A stretch of 62,456 nt of DNA, counting the filler. It is 11 parts of 11 records of this genome, joined end to end, with 100 filler letters (N's around TTAATTAATTAA, not from the genome) between each part and the next. Parts side by side here need not be neighbours in the genome. Positions count along the whole stretch, not along the records: positions 1 to 6,007 come from SRR15195285_2021; positions 6,108 to 13,686 come from SRR15195285_2022; 9 more parts are not named here. One strand, written 5' to 3'. Within the stretch, counting starts at the first letter, position 1, and each line of letters opens with the position of its first letter. Below the pieces are notes generated by a model. The model was given only the letters and a program-made list of their open reading frames with translations, searched no databases and had not been told where the DNA came from. Positions 1 through 11,300 of the stretch are shown one piece after another. The translations under genes and the position numbers were made by a program.

Positions 1-590
1 ATTGTTGGCGGTCAAACGCCCCGCGCATGAAAAGTGATCTGACTTCACTGATTATTTTATGCCCAGCACCGCGCGCGCGCACGCCGGACATAAAAAAAAC
101 CGCATGTCGAAAGCTCCTCAGACGCGTGGGGCGTTTGCAATACAGTGCGAATTTTCGGTACCCCAGTCATTTCCGCAGTCAGTCGCAGCAGTCACTGCAT
201 GCAGTCATTACCACTCCCCCATAGTACAGTATGGTACCGTGCAAAGAAGTGATCTGGCAAAATCAAGACTGGATGATCTCTGCTGCATGCGTACGATACC
301 TCGTTGGAAGCGTCTCGCACTGGGCTTTCCAACGATGTACGGGTCGGTGGGTGTTGGGGGAAAATTTCAATCCATCCTTCAGTCCAAAGCGAATGTACAG
401 TAGAGCATAGAGCATACAGCTGTACGATGTACTGACGAATAGTGTATTATGGCTCAGCTGGTGATATAAACAGGGACCCCCCCCCGTATTGAATTCTGAG
501 TTTCTGACTGGAACTGAGTCCTCGAGTCAGAGTGCATGATTCTGAGACAAAATTCGAGAAAGTACGGAAATCCAATACAGATTGCGTTTT

Positions 591-628
591 CCCACCCTGA
601 CACTTAGTTAATCAAGTGTCAGGGTGGG
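591..628. repeat. Perfect 15-bp inverted repeat (hairpin) with 8-nt loop
   Basis: CCCACCCTGACACTT (591-605) and AAGTGTCAGGGTGGG (614-628) are exact reverse complements. Confidence 0.9.
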
Positions 629-976
629 GAAGCGGTTACCCGGACCTTAGCCCCGACTCTCCTACTTCGCCAAACCATAAATCTACCCCTCCGTCGCCAG
701 CCTCCCTGCAGAGTCGCACTCGAGCCGGCGAGCAGCCTTGCGTTGTTGTGGCTTAGTCACGACGTGAACCGTTTCGTGGCTCTCCACGGGGCAACCACAA
801 CTCCGCGGTGCGCCCACACTACCATGCCCCCCCGCCTCCGGCCCACTGCGCCACGAAAGACGCGGTGAGCTGCGCACAGGCCGACGGGCACGACGGAACA
901 TCATCGGAGCGACGACGACTGCTGGCGGAGCCTCCAGGAGCCTCGTTGGCCGTGTACCCGCCCGCGGCCGTGCTCC

Positions 977-2396
977 ATGGCCGACGCCGTCCCCGAGGGC
1001 GTGCCCCCCAAACAACTGGGGGGAGGCGAGCCCGAGCCGAAGCCGGAAACCGAGCCCGAGGCGGGTTGTGATTCCGAACCCCAACCCGAGCCAGCAGAAG
1101 CGGAGGCGGAGGCGGAGCCCGACGAGGCGGCGCCCGACGAAGCGGAGGCCGAGGCGGAGGCTGAAGCTGAGCCCGCGCCGGCGCCAGCCGAGGGTGCCAT
1201 CGCCCGCGACATCCGCGAGGGCGACTGGCTCGTGCCCAAGTCGCCCGCCGCCTGCCGCGGCGGCCATCTCCAGGTGGCGAAGCTGCGGCTGATCCTATGC
1301 TTCCTGCACAACGATCGGCTGACGGAGGACTGCCCGCTGCTGCTGATGGGCGGCCGGGTGCCCGAGACCATCGCCGCCAACTTCGCCCCTGTGAGCTCCG
1401 TTCTTTGTGGCGCTCTGCAAGGTGGTCGTGCAACCTGACTTAAAGGCGTTGGTCTGGCCAGGAGTTGGGGGCGACGGACGAGGCGTCGCTGCTCGCGATG
1501 GCGCGGGAGCCGGGGGAGGGCGAGGTGCTCGTGGCGACCGGCGCCGAGATCGCCCTCACCATGCCGCTGCGCGTCTGCGAGAAGGCGGGCGACTGGGACA
1601 GGAAGAACCGCCACTGTGAGTGGCGCCCCTCCGGTCCACGGGCTGCGGTGGGGGGCTGGGGCTGAGGGGCGGGTGTGGGCTGTGGGTGCGCAGGCGTGGA
1701 GCGCGCCGCGCTGACCATCGCCGCGGCCGGCGCCGGGGCGAAAATCCTCGGGCCGCAGGGCAGGGACGCGGTGATGTGTTCCGGCACGGCGCTGACGCTG
1801 CAGGGGCTGACGATCGAGTGCCGCGGCGGGGAGTACGACAGCGCGGTGCAGTGCCTCTCCAAGGGCCGCGCCGAGCTGAGCGGCTGCACGCTGACCAGCC
1901 CCGAGGGCACCGGCCTCTTTGTGGGGGAGGGCGCCACCGCCACGATGGACGGCGGGTCCATCAGCGGCTGCGGCGGCACCGGTGTCGTCTGCGGCGGCTC
2001 AGGCAGCACGGCGACGGTGCGTCCCCCTGCCGCCGCCCCCTCTGCTGCGCCCCCCTGTCCGCTGCGGGCGGCGGGCGCGGCGGCGTTTTTCAGTCCTGTT
2101 TCGCCGTTTTTTGCCGCCGTTTTTTGGCCCATCGGAACCGCCGTGACGAAAAGATGAGCCACACAAAAGATCGCGCCAAAAAAACGATCGGGAAGCAAAC
2201 AAATCGAATTTATTTGGAAATCGCCGAGTTTCGCTGTGGTTGTGGCTGAGTGCGGTGCGTGTGTGGGCAGCTGCGAGGGGTCACCCTCGAGCGGAACGAC
2301 GAGGACTCGCTGGACTACTTCACGATGACTGGCGGCAAGATCGTGGCGGACGGCGTGGAGCTGAAGTTCGATGAGTGGGGTGTCTTGATTCGGTGA
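977..2396 (+). CDS. Right-handed parallel beta-helix (pectin-lyase-fold-like) protein with acidic EPEP N-terminus; 4 exons, about 338 aa
   Basis: Exons 977-1390, 1462-1615, 1694-2016 and 2271-2396 join in frame via GT-AG introns (donors GTGAGC, GTGAGT, GTGCGT). Exon 3 has beta-helix-type repeats (LTLQGLTIEC, AELSGCTLTS, GLFVGEGATATMDGGSISGC). Confidence 0.7.
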
Positions 2397-2702
2397 CTTG
2401 CGCAAATGCACATCGCGCATTTGTTTGGTGTTCGAGGATTTGCATTGGCTTTTTGGCCAAAAAGCCCGGAACCACGCCACCCTCTCCGGCCAGCATTGGC
2501 GCCTTGCGCGGCCTTGGTAGGCGGGATGGAAAGGAGGTGGTTTGCAACGGGAGGTGGGTGAGAAACTTTCTCGCGTGCAGACGACGAACGCTGACAAATT
2601 TGTTCCCGCCGGAGATTTCGAATTCGACGATTTGGAAGTCGTCACGCAATAGAAGTCATCCAGAAATCCCGCCCCTCTATCTAGCTAGATCTAGCGCAGG
2701 AG

Positions 2703-2964
2703 CTAAGGGCCGGCCCTCGCCAGCTCCCGCCCCCGCCTCGCCATGGCGCGGGCGCCCAGCCTCCGGCCCACCCTCGCTCTAGCAGCGCTGCTGCTGCGCC
2801 ACGCCGGCAGAGTCCGTTCCGTGGCCTTCGTCGGCAGTGGGTCGCGTCCTCCCGCGATGCGCACCAGGTCGTTCCACTCGGCGTGTTCTCCGTGCTCGCC
2901 CGCCAGCCGCAGCAGCTCCTCCTCTGTGTCCACACTCTGTGGCACGTCCATCCAGATCGATCCG
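2703..2964 (-). mobile_element. Possible 3-prime remnant of a non-LTR retrotransposon ORF
   Basis: Peptide GSIWMDVPQSVDTEEELLRLAGEHGEHAEWNDLV resembles the C-terminal tail (ELxxLA..xxW) that follows the RT domain in LINE-type elements. No RT core is present; resemblance judged by eye only. Confidence 0.3.
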
Positions 2965-3141
2965 CACAGGAATAATCACAGACTCGGACTTCTTGGATTT
3001 TTTCGGCATCTCGCAAACTTTTATCTGAGAAAATATATTTTATGCCGGCATTGCTCGTGCGAATCGTGGTCTCTCGTAGCGATAAATTCCAGAAATCGTA
3101 GTCGGCTGAACATTCACCGGTGGGTGAAATGCCGCTCTGTG
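2965..3141. mobile_element. AT-richer 177-bp insert with CACAG...CTGTG ends; possible non-autonomous element
   Basis: Begins CACAGGAATAATC and ends GCCGCTCTGTG. Composition differs from both flanks and it interrupts coding-like sequence on each side. No target-site duplication seen. Confidence 0.35.
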
Positions 3142-4461
3142 TGAGCTGTATCGCGGGTCTCGGCCTTCCATCTGTTTCACCGCCTTGCGCTTCTTGATCG
3201 AGACTTCCATCTGTCGAACCATCTCCGGATCTTCGACGTCTTCTAGCTTCAATGTTCCTTTTTCCACGAGTTTTGCAACCTCTGGGTTGTCATCCAGATC
3301 ATCCAGCATTGATGCGATTTTCTTGCTGGCAAAAGGTCTGTCTTGAATTGCCACGGGCGGGTTGCGCCCCAGTTTGCCGAGCCGCGTTCTTGGTGGCGGC
3401 TTGGCGTCCATTTTCTCTTCTGCAAGATTTTGTGCCTGCTGTGCACGCGCTCTCTGGCGTACAGAATGCAGAATCCTCGGGCCAGTGACCCCCGCGTAGA
3501 TATCCCCCACGTCGGTGCCATACGAGGCTATCGATGGGTCAAGACCCCCATGCTCTGAAGCGTGTTCCGCGGCCTCGTCTGCAGTCTCTGCGTGCGATCC
3601 CGCGGCGGTGCTGACATGCGATCTCGACACAGATACGTCGACGTCGGAGCCGTGGCGTGGGGCTGTACCGGATAAATCCGCTTGCAGCGCCTGCTGCCTG
3701 TCGCTGACCAACACGTCCCTGTCGCGAACCAACACTTCCGGTTCAACGGGCTCTTCAGGGTCAAGAATAGCAGAGGATTCGATGTCCTCCTCTGTCACGG
3801 CGGGCTGGAACGGGGTCGGCCCGGACGGGATGCCTGCGAACGACCCTTCAAACTCCGTTGTTATGTGCTCAACGGCGGGTTGTTGCGCCACGCTGGCGAC
3901 CATAGAGATCAGTATTGTTCCGACCGTCGCCAGCATACCCGCTTCTACTGGTCTCTCTTCCTTGATCTCCTCCACCTCGTCGCGAATTCTGTCGGCTGTC
4001 GAGACCAGCACATCGTCCCGCAGGTCATCGCTCACGTGGTCCTCATCCTTGCCAAATTCTAGCGCAGCGACCGACTCATCAAGCTTATTATCTGCGATTC
4101 TTTCCAGATTGGATTTGTACGGACGCTCACGCGGACGACAGCCGGCTCTGTAGCATGCCCGGCTCCTGCGGCGCATCAACGCAGCAGAGTTAGGTAGAGT
4201 TACGCAAGGCGCCGGCGTGGCGCGTTGCGGATACCAAAGATCTCGCGTGTGAAGGCTAGAGAGACTGGGCGGGCAAGCGAGGGTGGCAAGGCGTGGGGAG
4301 CACTGCCGAAACGCAGGTGGTACACCCCCACACACACTGCGCGCGCTTGTACGCCCCGCCCGTACTCCCTGCACTAGCCACAACAATCGATCTAACGCTT
4401 GGAGGGGGGTCGAGGGGAGTGCGGAGGGAGCGTACCGCCTGCGTTTTGCCTCTGCACCCAC
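3040..4461 (-). CDS. Hypothetical acidic protein; spliced 5-prime end, 3-prime end runs into the 2965-3141 insert
   Basis: Long open frame with protein-like composition from about 4150 to 3142. Likely introns upstream (donor GTACGC near 4434, acceptor CTACAG near 4149). No recognisable domain. Confidence 0.5.
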   Translation of the reverse strand: MGAEAKRRRYAPSALPSTPLQALDRLLWLVQGVRAGRTSARSVCGGVPPAFRQCSPRLATLACPPSLSSLHTRDLWYPQRATPAPCVTLPNSAALMRRRSRACYRAGCRPRERPYKSNLERIADNKLDESVAALEFGKDEDHVSDDLRDDVLVSTADRIRDEVEEIKEERPVEAGMLATVGTILISMVASVAQQPAVEHITTEFEGSFAGIPSGPTPFQPAVTEEDIESSAILDPEEPVEPEVLVRDRDVLVSDRQQALQADLSGTAPRHGSDVDVSVSRSHVSTAAGSHAETADEAAEHASEHGGLDPSIASYGTDVGDIYAGVTGPRILHSVRQRARAQQAQNLAEEKMDAKPPPRTRLGKLGRNPPVAIQDRPFASKKIASMLDDLDDNPEVAKLVEKGTLKLEDVEDPEMVRQMEVSIKKRKAVKQMEGRDPRYSSHRAAFHPPVNVQPTTISGIYRYERPRFARAMPA

Positions 4462-4897
4462 GCCATCGCGCCAAGTCGGTCTGCAGATCAGCCGTGCGGG
4501 TACGCGGGATTTGCCACTGTGAGGACTGAGTCCAAGCGCCGGGAATCATTTGTGAATCGCGGTCACGACCACTCTCGTTCATGTGTGAATCAACGGTTGA
4601 TCTTTCACGGCGACCGCGGGCACCGCCGAGCGCCGTGACCCGCGGCGTGACGTGCGTGGGTGCGCGCGCCGCGCACGGCCGCACTCGCTCGGCGGCGCGC
4701 GCGCTTGCCAATGCGTTAACCGAGGCTGGGGGCGCCGCCGGAGGTCCGTCCGCCGTCCCGGGCGCGCGTCCGCTGGACGCTCCCCCGGTGGGGGGTCGCT
4801 GCAGTGTCTGAGCCGCGGCTGCTCTGCTGTCGTGCGCGCCCGAGCGCGAGGGGTAACAGTGTCGAGGGACCAGCAGCGGGGACCCCAGCCTCGAGCG

Positions 4898-5800
4898 ATG
4901 CCCAAAAGGACGGCCAGTGGAGCTGACTGCAAAGGTGCAGACTGCGGCAACTGTGGCTTCGTTCTCTTCGTGCTGATTTTCGTGGGGTTCATCTCGTATT
5001 TGATCAGTGTATGTTTTGGTGTTTGCAAGGGCACTGCTGATCCCGTGATCAGACTCCAGTGCGACCAATTTCAGGGGGAAGGAAGCACATCTTCGCGCGC
5101 AACGGGTGAAGACGGGAAGGTGTGGCCATCGATCGGCGACCTAATTTCGGAGTGCACGGATGCACGCATCATCATCAACAGCACCAACAACACCGTCACC
5201 GCACCATGGGAGAGCTCATGGGAGAGCTCATGGGACTCATGGACCGCACCATGGTATTCTAGAGAAGCTCTTACGACGTGCGCGCAATATGGGCATCACC
5301 AACTGTGCAACCCTTGCACCGCGCTCATTGTCGACGGGTCCCTAGCGGACTTTCCTGACGCTCGCGTCGGTGGCGCTGGATGGAAAAACGAATGGGGCAC
5401 CCCTGGCGACGAACAGTACAAGAACCATGGGCATACAGCCGCTAGCGCATGTTGCGCCTGTGGAGGCGGCGTTCAAACCCCGGGGGCTGAGCCGACCACC
5501 ACCATCGAGCTGTGCACGGAGTGGGCATTGGCATGTGACGAACTCGACAGCCACACGGCCAGCTGTTCTACCATGTTTATGGCTACAGCGGTGGCTGCAT
5601 GCGCTTGCTGCTGCTGCTGCTGCTTTTTGCCTGCTGTGTGGGAGGGGTCACATATATCGTGTGTTACTGAGCCAGTTAAGGCCTGCGCCTTGGACTGCAC
5701 TACTGAGCCAGTTAAGGCCTGTTGCTGTGCGTGCCTGAATCGCTTTCGGCTACGACACGAAGAAGAGCAACAGCACGAAGATCGTGTAGCTAGTTGTTGA
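4898..5800 (+). CDS. Cysteine-rich membrane protein with two predicted TM helices (300 aa)
   Basis: ATG at 4898. Hydrophobic segments FVLFVLIFVGFISYLISVCF and MFMATAVAACACCCCCCFLPAV flank a Cys-rich region that includes an ASACCACGGG module. A short duplicated unit TEPVKAC lies near the C-terminus. Confidence 0.65.
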   Translation: MPKRTASGADCKGADCGNCGFVLFVLIFVGFISYLISVCFGVCKGTADPVIRLQCDQFQGEGSTSSRATGEDGKVWPSIGDLISECTDARIIINSTNNTVTAPWESSWESSWDSWTAPWYSREALTTCAQYGHHQLCNPCTALIVDGSLADFPDARVGGAGWKNEWGTPGDEQYKNHGHTAASACCACGGGVQTPGAEPTTTIELCTEWALACDELDSHTASCSTMFMATAVAACACCCCCCFLPAVWEGSHISCVTEPVKACALDCTTEPVKACCCACLNRFRLRHEEEQQHEDRVASC

Positions 5801-6007
5801 CACCAGCCTACGAAGCGCAGGCTCGAGATGGTAGGCGAGCACCGAAGCGCCCCTATATCAGCCAAGTGCCAGTGGGGGACGCGGCTTACGCGTTGCTGGT
5901 GGCGATAAAGTTTTTTCTGAACTACTAGTATTTTGTAGTATATTGTAGTAGTATTCAATCAATTTCTATTAGTTCTTCTGTCAAAATCCCGATATATCGG
6001 GGGGTTC

Positions 6008-6107
6008 NNNNNNNNNNNNNNNNNNNNNNNNNNNNNNNNNNNNNNNNNNNNTTAATTAATTAANNNNNNNNNNNNNNNNNNNNNNNNNNNNNNNNNNNNN
6101 NNNNNNN
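6008..6107. other. Artificial contig-joining spacer (44 N + TTAATTAATTAA + 44 N)
   Basis: Identical 100-bp layout also occurs at 13687-13786, 18050-18149, 24219-24318, 27714-27813, 31286-31385, 36121-36220, 40114-40213, 51656-51755 and 56424-56523. The 12-mer puts stops in all six frames. Confidence 0.99.
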
Positions 6108-6319
6108 TCTGTGGCCAGATTCGGAGCACGTTTTTAATGCCCTTGTCGACCTTGGTCAGGTCGCTCCGGCTCGAGCGCCGGAGACCTCCGTGAAATCCCA
6201 ATTTGACGAACGGGTGAGACACTTTTTCTTTCCTGTGCATTTGTACTGGAAAACAGTACCATTTCTGCGTACCTCTCACAGAGGGACCAGCTCAGGGCGT
6301 CGGCAGGAGGGTGCGGAGG

Positions 6320-8270
6320 ATGGAGATGGAGCAGCAGCAGGCCGAGATGGAGCAGCCCGAGCCCCCGCCACGCAGCACCTCCTGGACGGCGCACCTGCGG
6401 GAGGCTCGCTTGAGCGGGAGCACGCCGGGGCTGCATCGCACGCCCTCGGCGCCGGCGGAGGTCCAGGACGAGTACGACCCGGAGCTGCCGGACCTGGGTC
6501 CGGAGGAGTACGATCCGGAGGAGCCGGCGCTGGCGCTTTCGGGCGCGCACAATGAGGAGTATGACCCGGAGGAACCCGCTCTTCAGCGGCTGGGTAGCTC
6601 TGGTGGCGATGGGGAGTATGATCCTGCTAAACCAGCCACCGTGAGTCTGCCTTCACTTCCCACTGCGAGCGCCAGTCGGTCCTCACCTGCTCGTGCGCGC
6701 TGCAATTGGATGGTACAGGCAGCACAAGAGGAGTATGACCCAGAGAAGAACGTGAATCTAGGGTCGCCCAGATACAGCTACGACGAGGCTCCTGCAGCTG
6801 CACCTTTGACCGGTACGCCGCCTGGTATACGCACACTGTCCCCACGGAGTCCCGAGGAGTCCGACGATGCAGACTCCGACGGAGAGCACGAGCGCGGCCG
6901 AGGTCGCGAATCTGAGCGCGACCGCAGGCATGGGTCACCACAGCAACCTATTGCGGCGCAAACTGGAGCGCGCTTAGCGCGATTTCCGGGTGGTGGCGTC
7001 AACGCATTCGGCGCCGGTAGTCGCGTCGCTGGTACCGGTCACCGCTCTGGTACCGGCACCACTAGTGGCGACCGGTCTGGCATCGATGCGGTTGTACGTA
7101 GCACTGCCGCTGCACTCGACGCTCTCATATCCACGGCGCGACTCAGCGAAGAGAGCTGGTACCTGTGGGGCGAGGCAGGTGAAGCGAGACTGGCGATGGC
7201 AAAGCAGTTTGCACACGGCCTACTAGCAAATGACCTCCTTGCGCTGTTGCGAGATTCGAATGTGGCGACTGAGATGCGCTGGCGGCTCACTATGGAGCGT
7301 GGCACGAACGACAGGGCTGCACCACAGCAGCAAGCTGAAACTCCGCGTGTGCTACCGAGTCACCAGCAGAAACGCCCGCCTGGCATCGTGAGTGGCGGTG
7401 CTCCGGCCATGAGAGCTACCGCTCCTGCCATGGGACCACCTGGTACCATTCGAAAGACACCTGGCCCTGGATACGTCTGCAATATCTGCGGGGTGCCTGG
7501 CCACTGGATTGCTGACTGCCCACGCAAGGCTTCTGGGTCGGTGGGTAGCTCCGGTGGCCGTGGCAGTGGAAATGCTGCTATTGTGCGTCCTCAAGCTACC
7601 GTAGGGGTGTCAAGGCAGCAGTCGCGTCCACCACCAGATGGATACGTCTGCAATGCGTGCAAAGTTCCAGGGCACTGGATTCAACAGTGTCCGAAACGAT
7701 TGGCTCGCTTCACAGAACAAGTGCGACAGCCGCATTGGTGGTTTGCTTTGACATTGAGTTGCACTGCGTGCTGACAGCTATGCTGCCTTGTTGTTTCGCG
7801 TGCAACAGCCGGGGCAAAAGGGCGCCACGGTTGAAGCAGCACCGTATGAAGACTGGATGTCTCCTGCGCTGTCAGTCATGCAAGAAGATGGCGATACAGC
7901 CTCGTCTGGGGGTGGCACAGGGGCTGACCTCAAGGGTGGGAAGCGCAAACGTGTGGGTGGCCATCAGATGGGCACCAAACAAAAACGAAGTACAACCATG
8001 GCACCGCCGCCTGCTCGATTGGCAGCCGGAAGGGGTGCGAAGGAGCTCCTATTAGCGAAGATGAAGTCTCTGATGCAGCAAGCATTGGCCGCTGAGTCAG
8101 CCACAGAAAAGAGGCGGCTACTGTCGGAGATTAAGGTCTTGCAACTGGGGACGAAAGAGAAGACAGCGCAGCAGACAGAGCCAAAGCCAGGGCACGAAAA
8201 GGGTGCAGTGAAAGAAACAGATACAAGCACGCCCGATAAGACAGATGTCGAGGCAGAGGTAGATTCGTGA
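6320..8270 (+). CDS. Double CCHC zinc-knuckle (RBBP6/Mpe1-type knuckle) protein with EYDP repeats; 2 exons, about 620 aa
   Basis: Knuckles PGPGYVCNICGVPGHWIADCP and PPPDGYVCNACKVPGHWIQQCP. Intron 7721-7808 (GTGCGA..CTGAC..CAG) joins ORFs 6311 and 7788 in phase 0. Basic KRKR patch is a possible NLS. Confidence 0.8.
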
Positions 8271-8314
8271 CCAACAACACTAGCATGTTCGCACCCACTA
8301 CAAATGACTACCAG

Positions 8315-11300
8315 TCAGGCCAATTGACCAGCCAGCCCATCGGCTGCACCAAGTGCCCATCGTAGCATCGCAATCCTCAGCAGACGCCAACGGTGGTGCT
8401 GCTCCACGTCGACCACATCAACGCTGCGTGGAAAAGCACTCAACGAAATGCCTGGTGGCCGGTGAATCGTCTTCCGTGCACGAAGACGGTCAGGAGTCGG
8501 CCGTACTGTGGACAACTGCGTAGGTGCACTCCTGACCGACAATATTGTAGACACAGAGTCAGAACGCGAGGCAATCTGTGCAGCGTTGCGCTCGGCTCGA
8601 AGTGTCACTTCTGTAAGCTCCGTCCGACGGAAGCTTCGGCCACCGGAGGGCAATGTGGAGACAAAGAACAAAGGTGGTGGCTCAGCAGTCGACTGCGGAT
8701 CAACAATCGCAACGCGGCGTGACCTGCAACTTTGCTGTTCCTGGCAATCCGCCACCATCTCCTCATGTTGTCGGCGCTGGTGCTGCTTTGGTGGCGGTGG
8801 TTTCCGTGGGTCCGAAGCTAATGTCTGTGGTGTGATTGAACTATCATGTGTGCTCCTGTGTCCCAGTTGTGCTTGCTTGTGGTTTCTTTGGCGTCGTGAA
8901 GCATCCATTTCGCGTGTGCACGTTGTGACCTTGCCACGCGAGGTTGCAAGTGTGGTTTCTTCTTGACTGAGTATCGGTGGCACCGGTCGTGTTCGGTTGA
9001 GTATGTCCAGGAGCTCATCGTCGCTCTCGTCGTCAGATTCGTTTTCAAAGCCAGATGATGCATCCAGTTCGTTTGCCACATCGACTGTCCCTTGATCACG
9101 GTAAATGGCGTTGACCTCAGACGTGAGGAACGGCTCAGTATGAATTACGCCTATCAAGGCATCCAAACTCATTGCTATATCTATACTCTCCCCGATAATC
9201 ACTTCCCCACCTTGAGAAATGTGGCTGTGTGATTGAAATGTCGCAGCTCCACTTGGTTGTTCAGTAGCTGCCCCTGTCACTGCTGTGCCTGCAGCCGGTC
9301 TGTTCGGCTTGCGGTCAGCATCTTCGCGTATGTGCCCAAGCTCTAACTCAGCGGCGCGAAGCTTTTCTCTCACAGCGCGCAAGCCGCTTAAACCTCCGCC
9401 ATCCAAGACCAGCTTCCTGCGTGTTGGCTCTACCGTAGGTCGCTGCACACTTTTGCGAGTAGTATCAGCGCATCCAGTCGGCGTCCGTTCTTGGAGAGGC
9501 TTTGAGCTTTCCGCGCCCGGCTGCATCTCCCCTGCGATAGCAACCTTCTCGCCGTTTGCAGCATCCTCGTTCGCTTCCTCGGCGTCTTTCTCATCTTTCT
9601 CATCTTTCTCTGTTTCCTCCACCGCGCCCACCACCGCAGCAGTCTCTTCATAATCCTCCTGCTGCTCCTCTGTCGCAACCACAGTGACCTCCTTCTTCTC
9701 GCCTCCCTCGTGATGCTGCCAATGTTGCTGCTTCATAAAGCTGACGGAAAGCAAGCGACTGCGTTCGGCAGCTTCGACAGCCTCCGTTGCAATCAGTTCA
9801 GCTCGACGAGCACGCTGTCGTGCCCAGTGAAGCTGCTTCTTGAGGTCTAGCCGCTCATCCCGACTTTGCCATGCTGGGTGTCTGCACAGCTCCTTTAGAT
9901 GCAGCTGCAACTGTCGTTCTGCACTGACCGATGCGATTAGCTCGTTGTGGAGCTTCTGTCGATCTGTCACATTAGCAGCTTGGAGATCAAGAAGCTGTCT
10001 TTCGACTGCTGCCTTCTCGGCCTGCGCAACTTCTATAGCGGCTTTGCATTCTGCCTCTGCCGACTCAAGGTTGAGCACAGACGTTGCATCTGCCAGATCG
10101 CAGCGACGAGACTCTTCTGCAAGCTTCGCCTCCGTTTGAGCAAGCCTTGCTACCACATCGGCCAGCTCTGTCTCAGTAGCGTGGATCTTGAACTTTGCAG
10201 CTTGTAGCTCGCCAACGCTAGTCTCGCATTCACTTGCGAGCTCAGTGTGTCGTTGCGTCCATAATTGCACAGCTGCAATGCCCTCCTGCTGCACCAGTAC
10301 CAGCTCCTGCTGCATCTTGGCGACTGAGCCTGCCGCATCGACAGCAGCTGTTCTGATCTCAGACTCCAAAGCAGCCTGAGTTCGTGCAAAGTTCGCTGCT
10401 GCTGCATCAGCCTCGTGCTGCAGTGTTGCAGCGTCTTTTGCAGCCGCGAGATATTTGGCTTCAGCTGCCTCCCTGCTACTGCGCTCACGTGAAAGAGACT
10501 GCTGCTCTGATTCTAGTGCGCCCGTCAACCGCGCAAGCTCTGCTTTTTTTTCTGCTGCGTCATGTGCAGCCTGAGTATCACGAACTGCATCTGCAACACG
10601 CCGGTCTGCCTTGCTATCATCAAGCTGCTGTTGTGCATGCCACAGTGCTTCCTTCGCAGCGATGAGTGCATCATTTGCTGCTGATGCTCTCTCCTCTGCG
10701 ACTAGAGCGCGCTGAGTAGTGGCCGAAGCTTCTGTGTGCGAACGGGCTTCGGTTGCACACTCTAAATTCTTGATCTGTTGCACAAGTGCAGTGTTTTCTG
10801 CCTCAACTTTGGCATTGCAATCCTGCCAGTGTGTCTTTGTTTGTATTGAAATCTGTTTGCACTCGCGCTGGAGCTGTAGGACTTCGAGCTCGGAATCGCT
10901 GAGCACCGCAGTCTGTGCCTCCAGGTTCTCCACTGCCTGTATATGCGCTGTCTCAAGTTCATCCAACCGTTTGCGCTGAGACTGTAGAACCAATTTAAAG
11001 CCACAGCGTTCCATACTGCATCGAGTAACGAGTTCGGCATGCTTGACAGACAGCACCGCAGACCACCAACGCACCCACGAACGCGACAGTACTTGAGATG
11101 CTGAGATCCGTCTGCAGGACCAAACAACCGCACGCGTGTACTGCAGTGAGCCGGCGCGGATTGAATGATGCCATCGGTGAAAAACCTGAGCCATTTGACG
11201 CCTTCGTACGTGCTTCAAGAAGTCCTTGCTGAGCTGGTTAGTGAACTGTCCGACCCGACCGACCTCGCGAGCGATCTCTGCCTCAATAGATTGTGCTGCT

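Noticed and set aside
683-2645. Long antisense ORFs (e.g. 1440-2645, 901-1614) and similar shadow ORFs throughout the window
   Set aside because: They are expected opposite GC3-rich genes, and the spliced plus-strand model explains the region.
6108-6290. Contig-end segments here and at 18150-18370 and 23935-24218 as named transposons
   Set aside because: They look like dispersed repeats that broke the assembly, but no TIR pair, TSD or transposase can be shown within the window.
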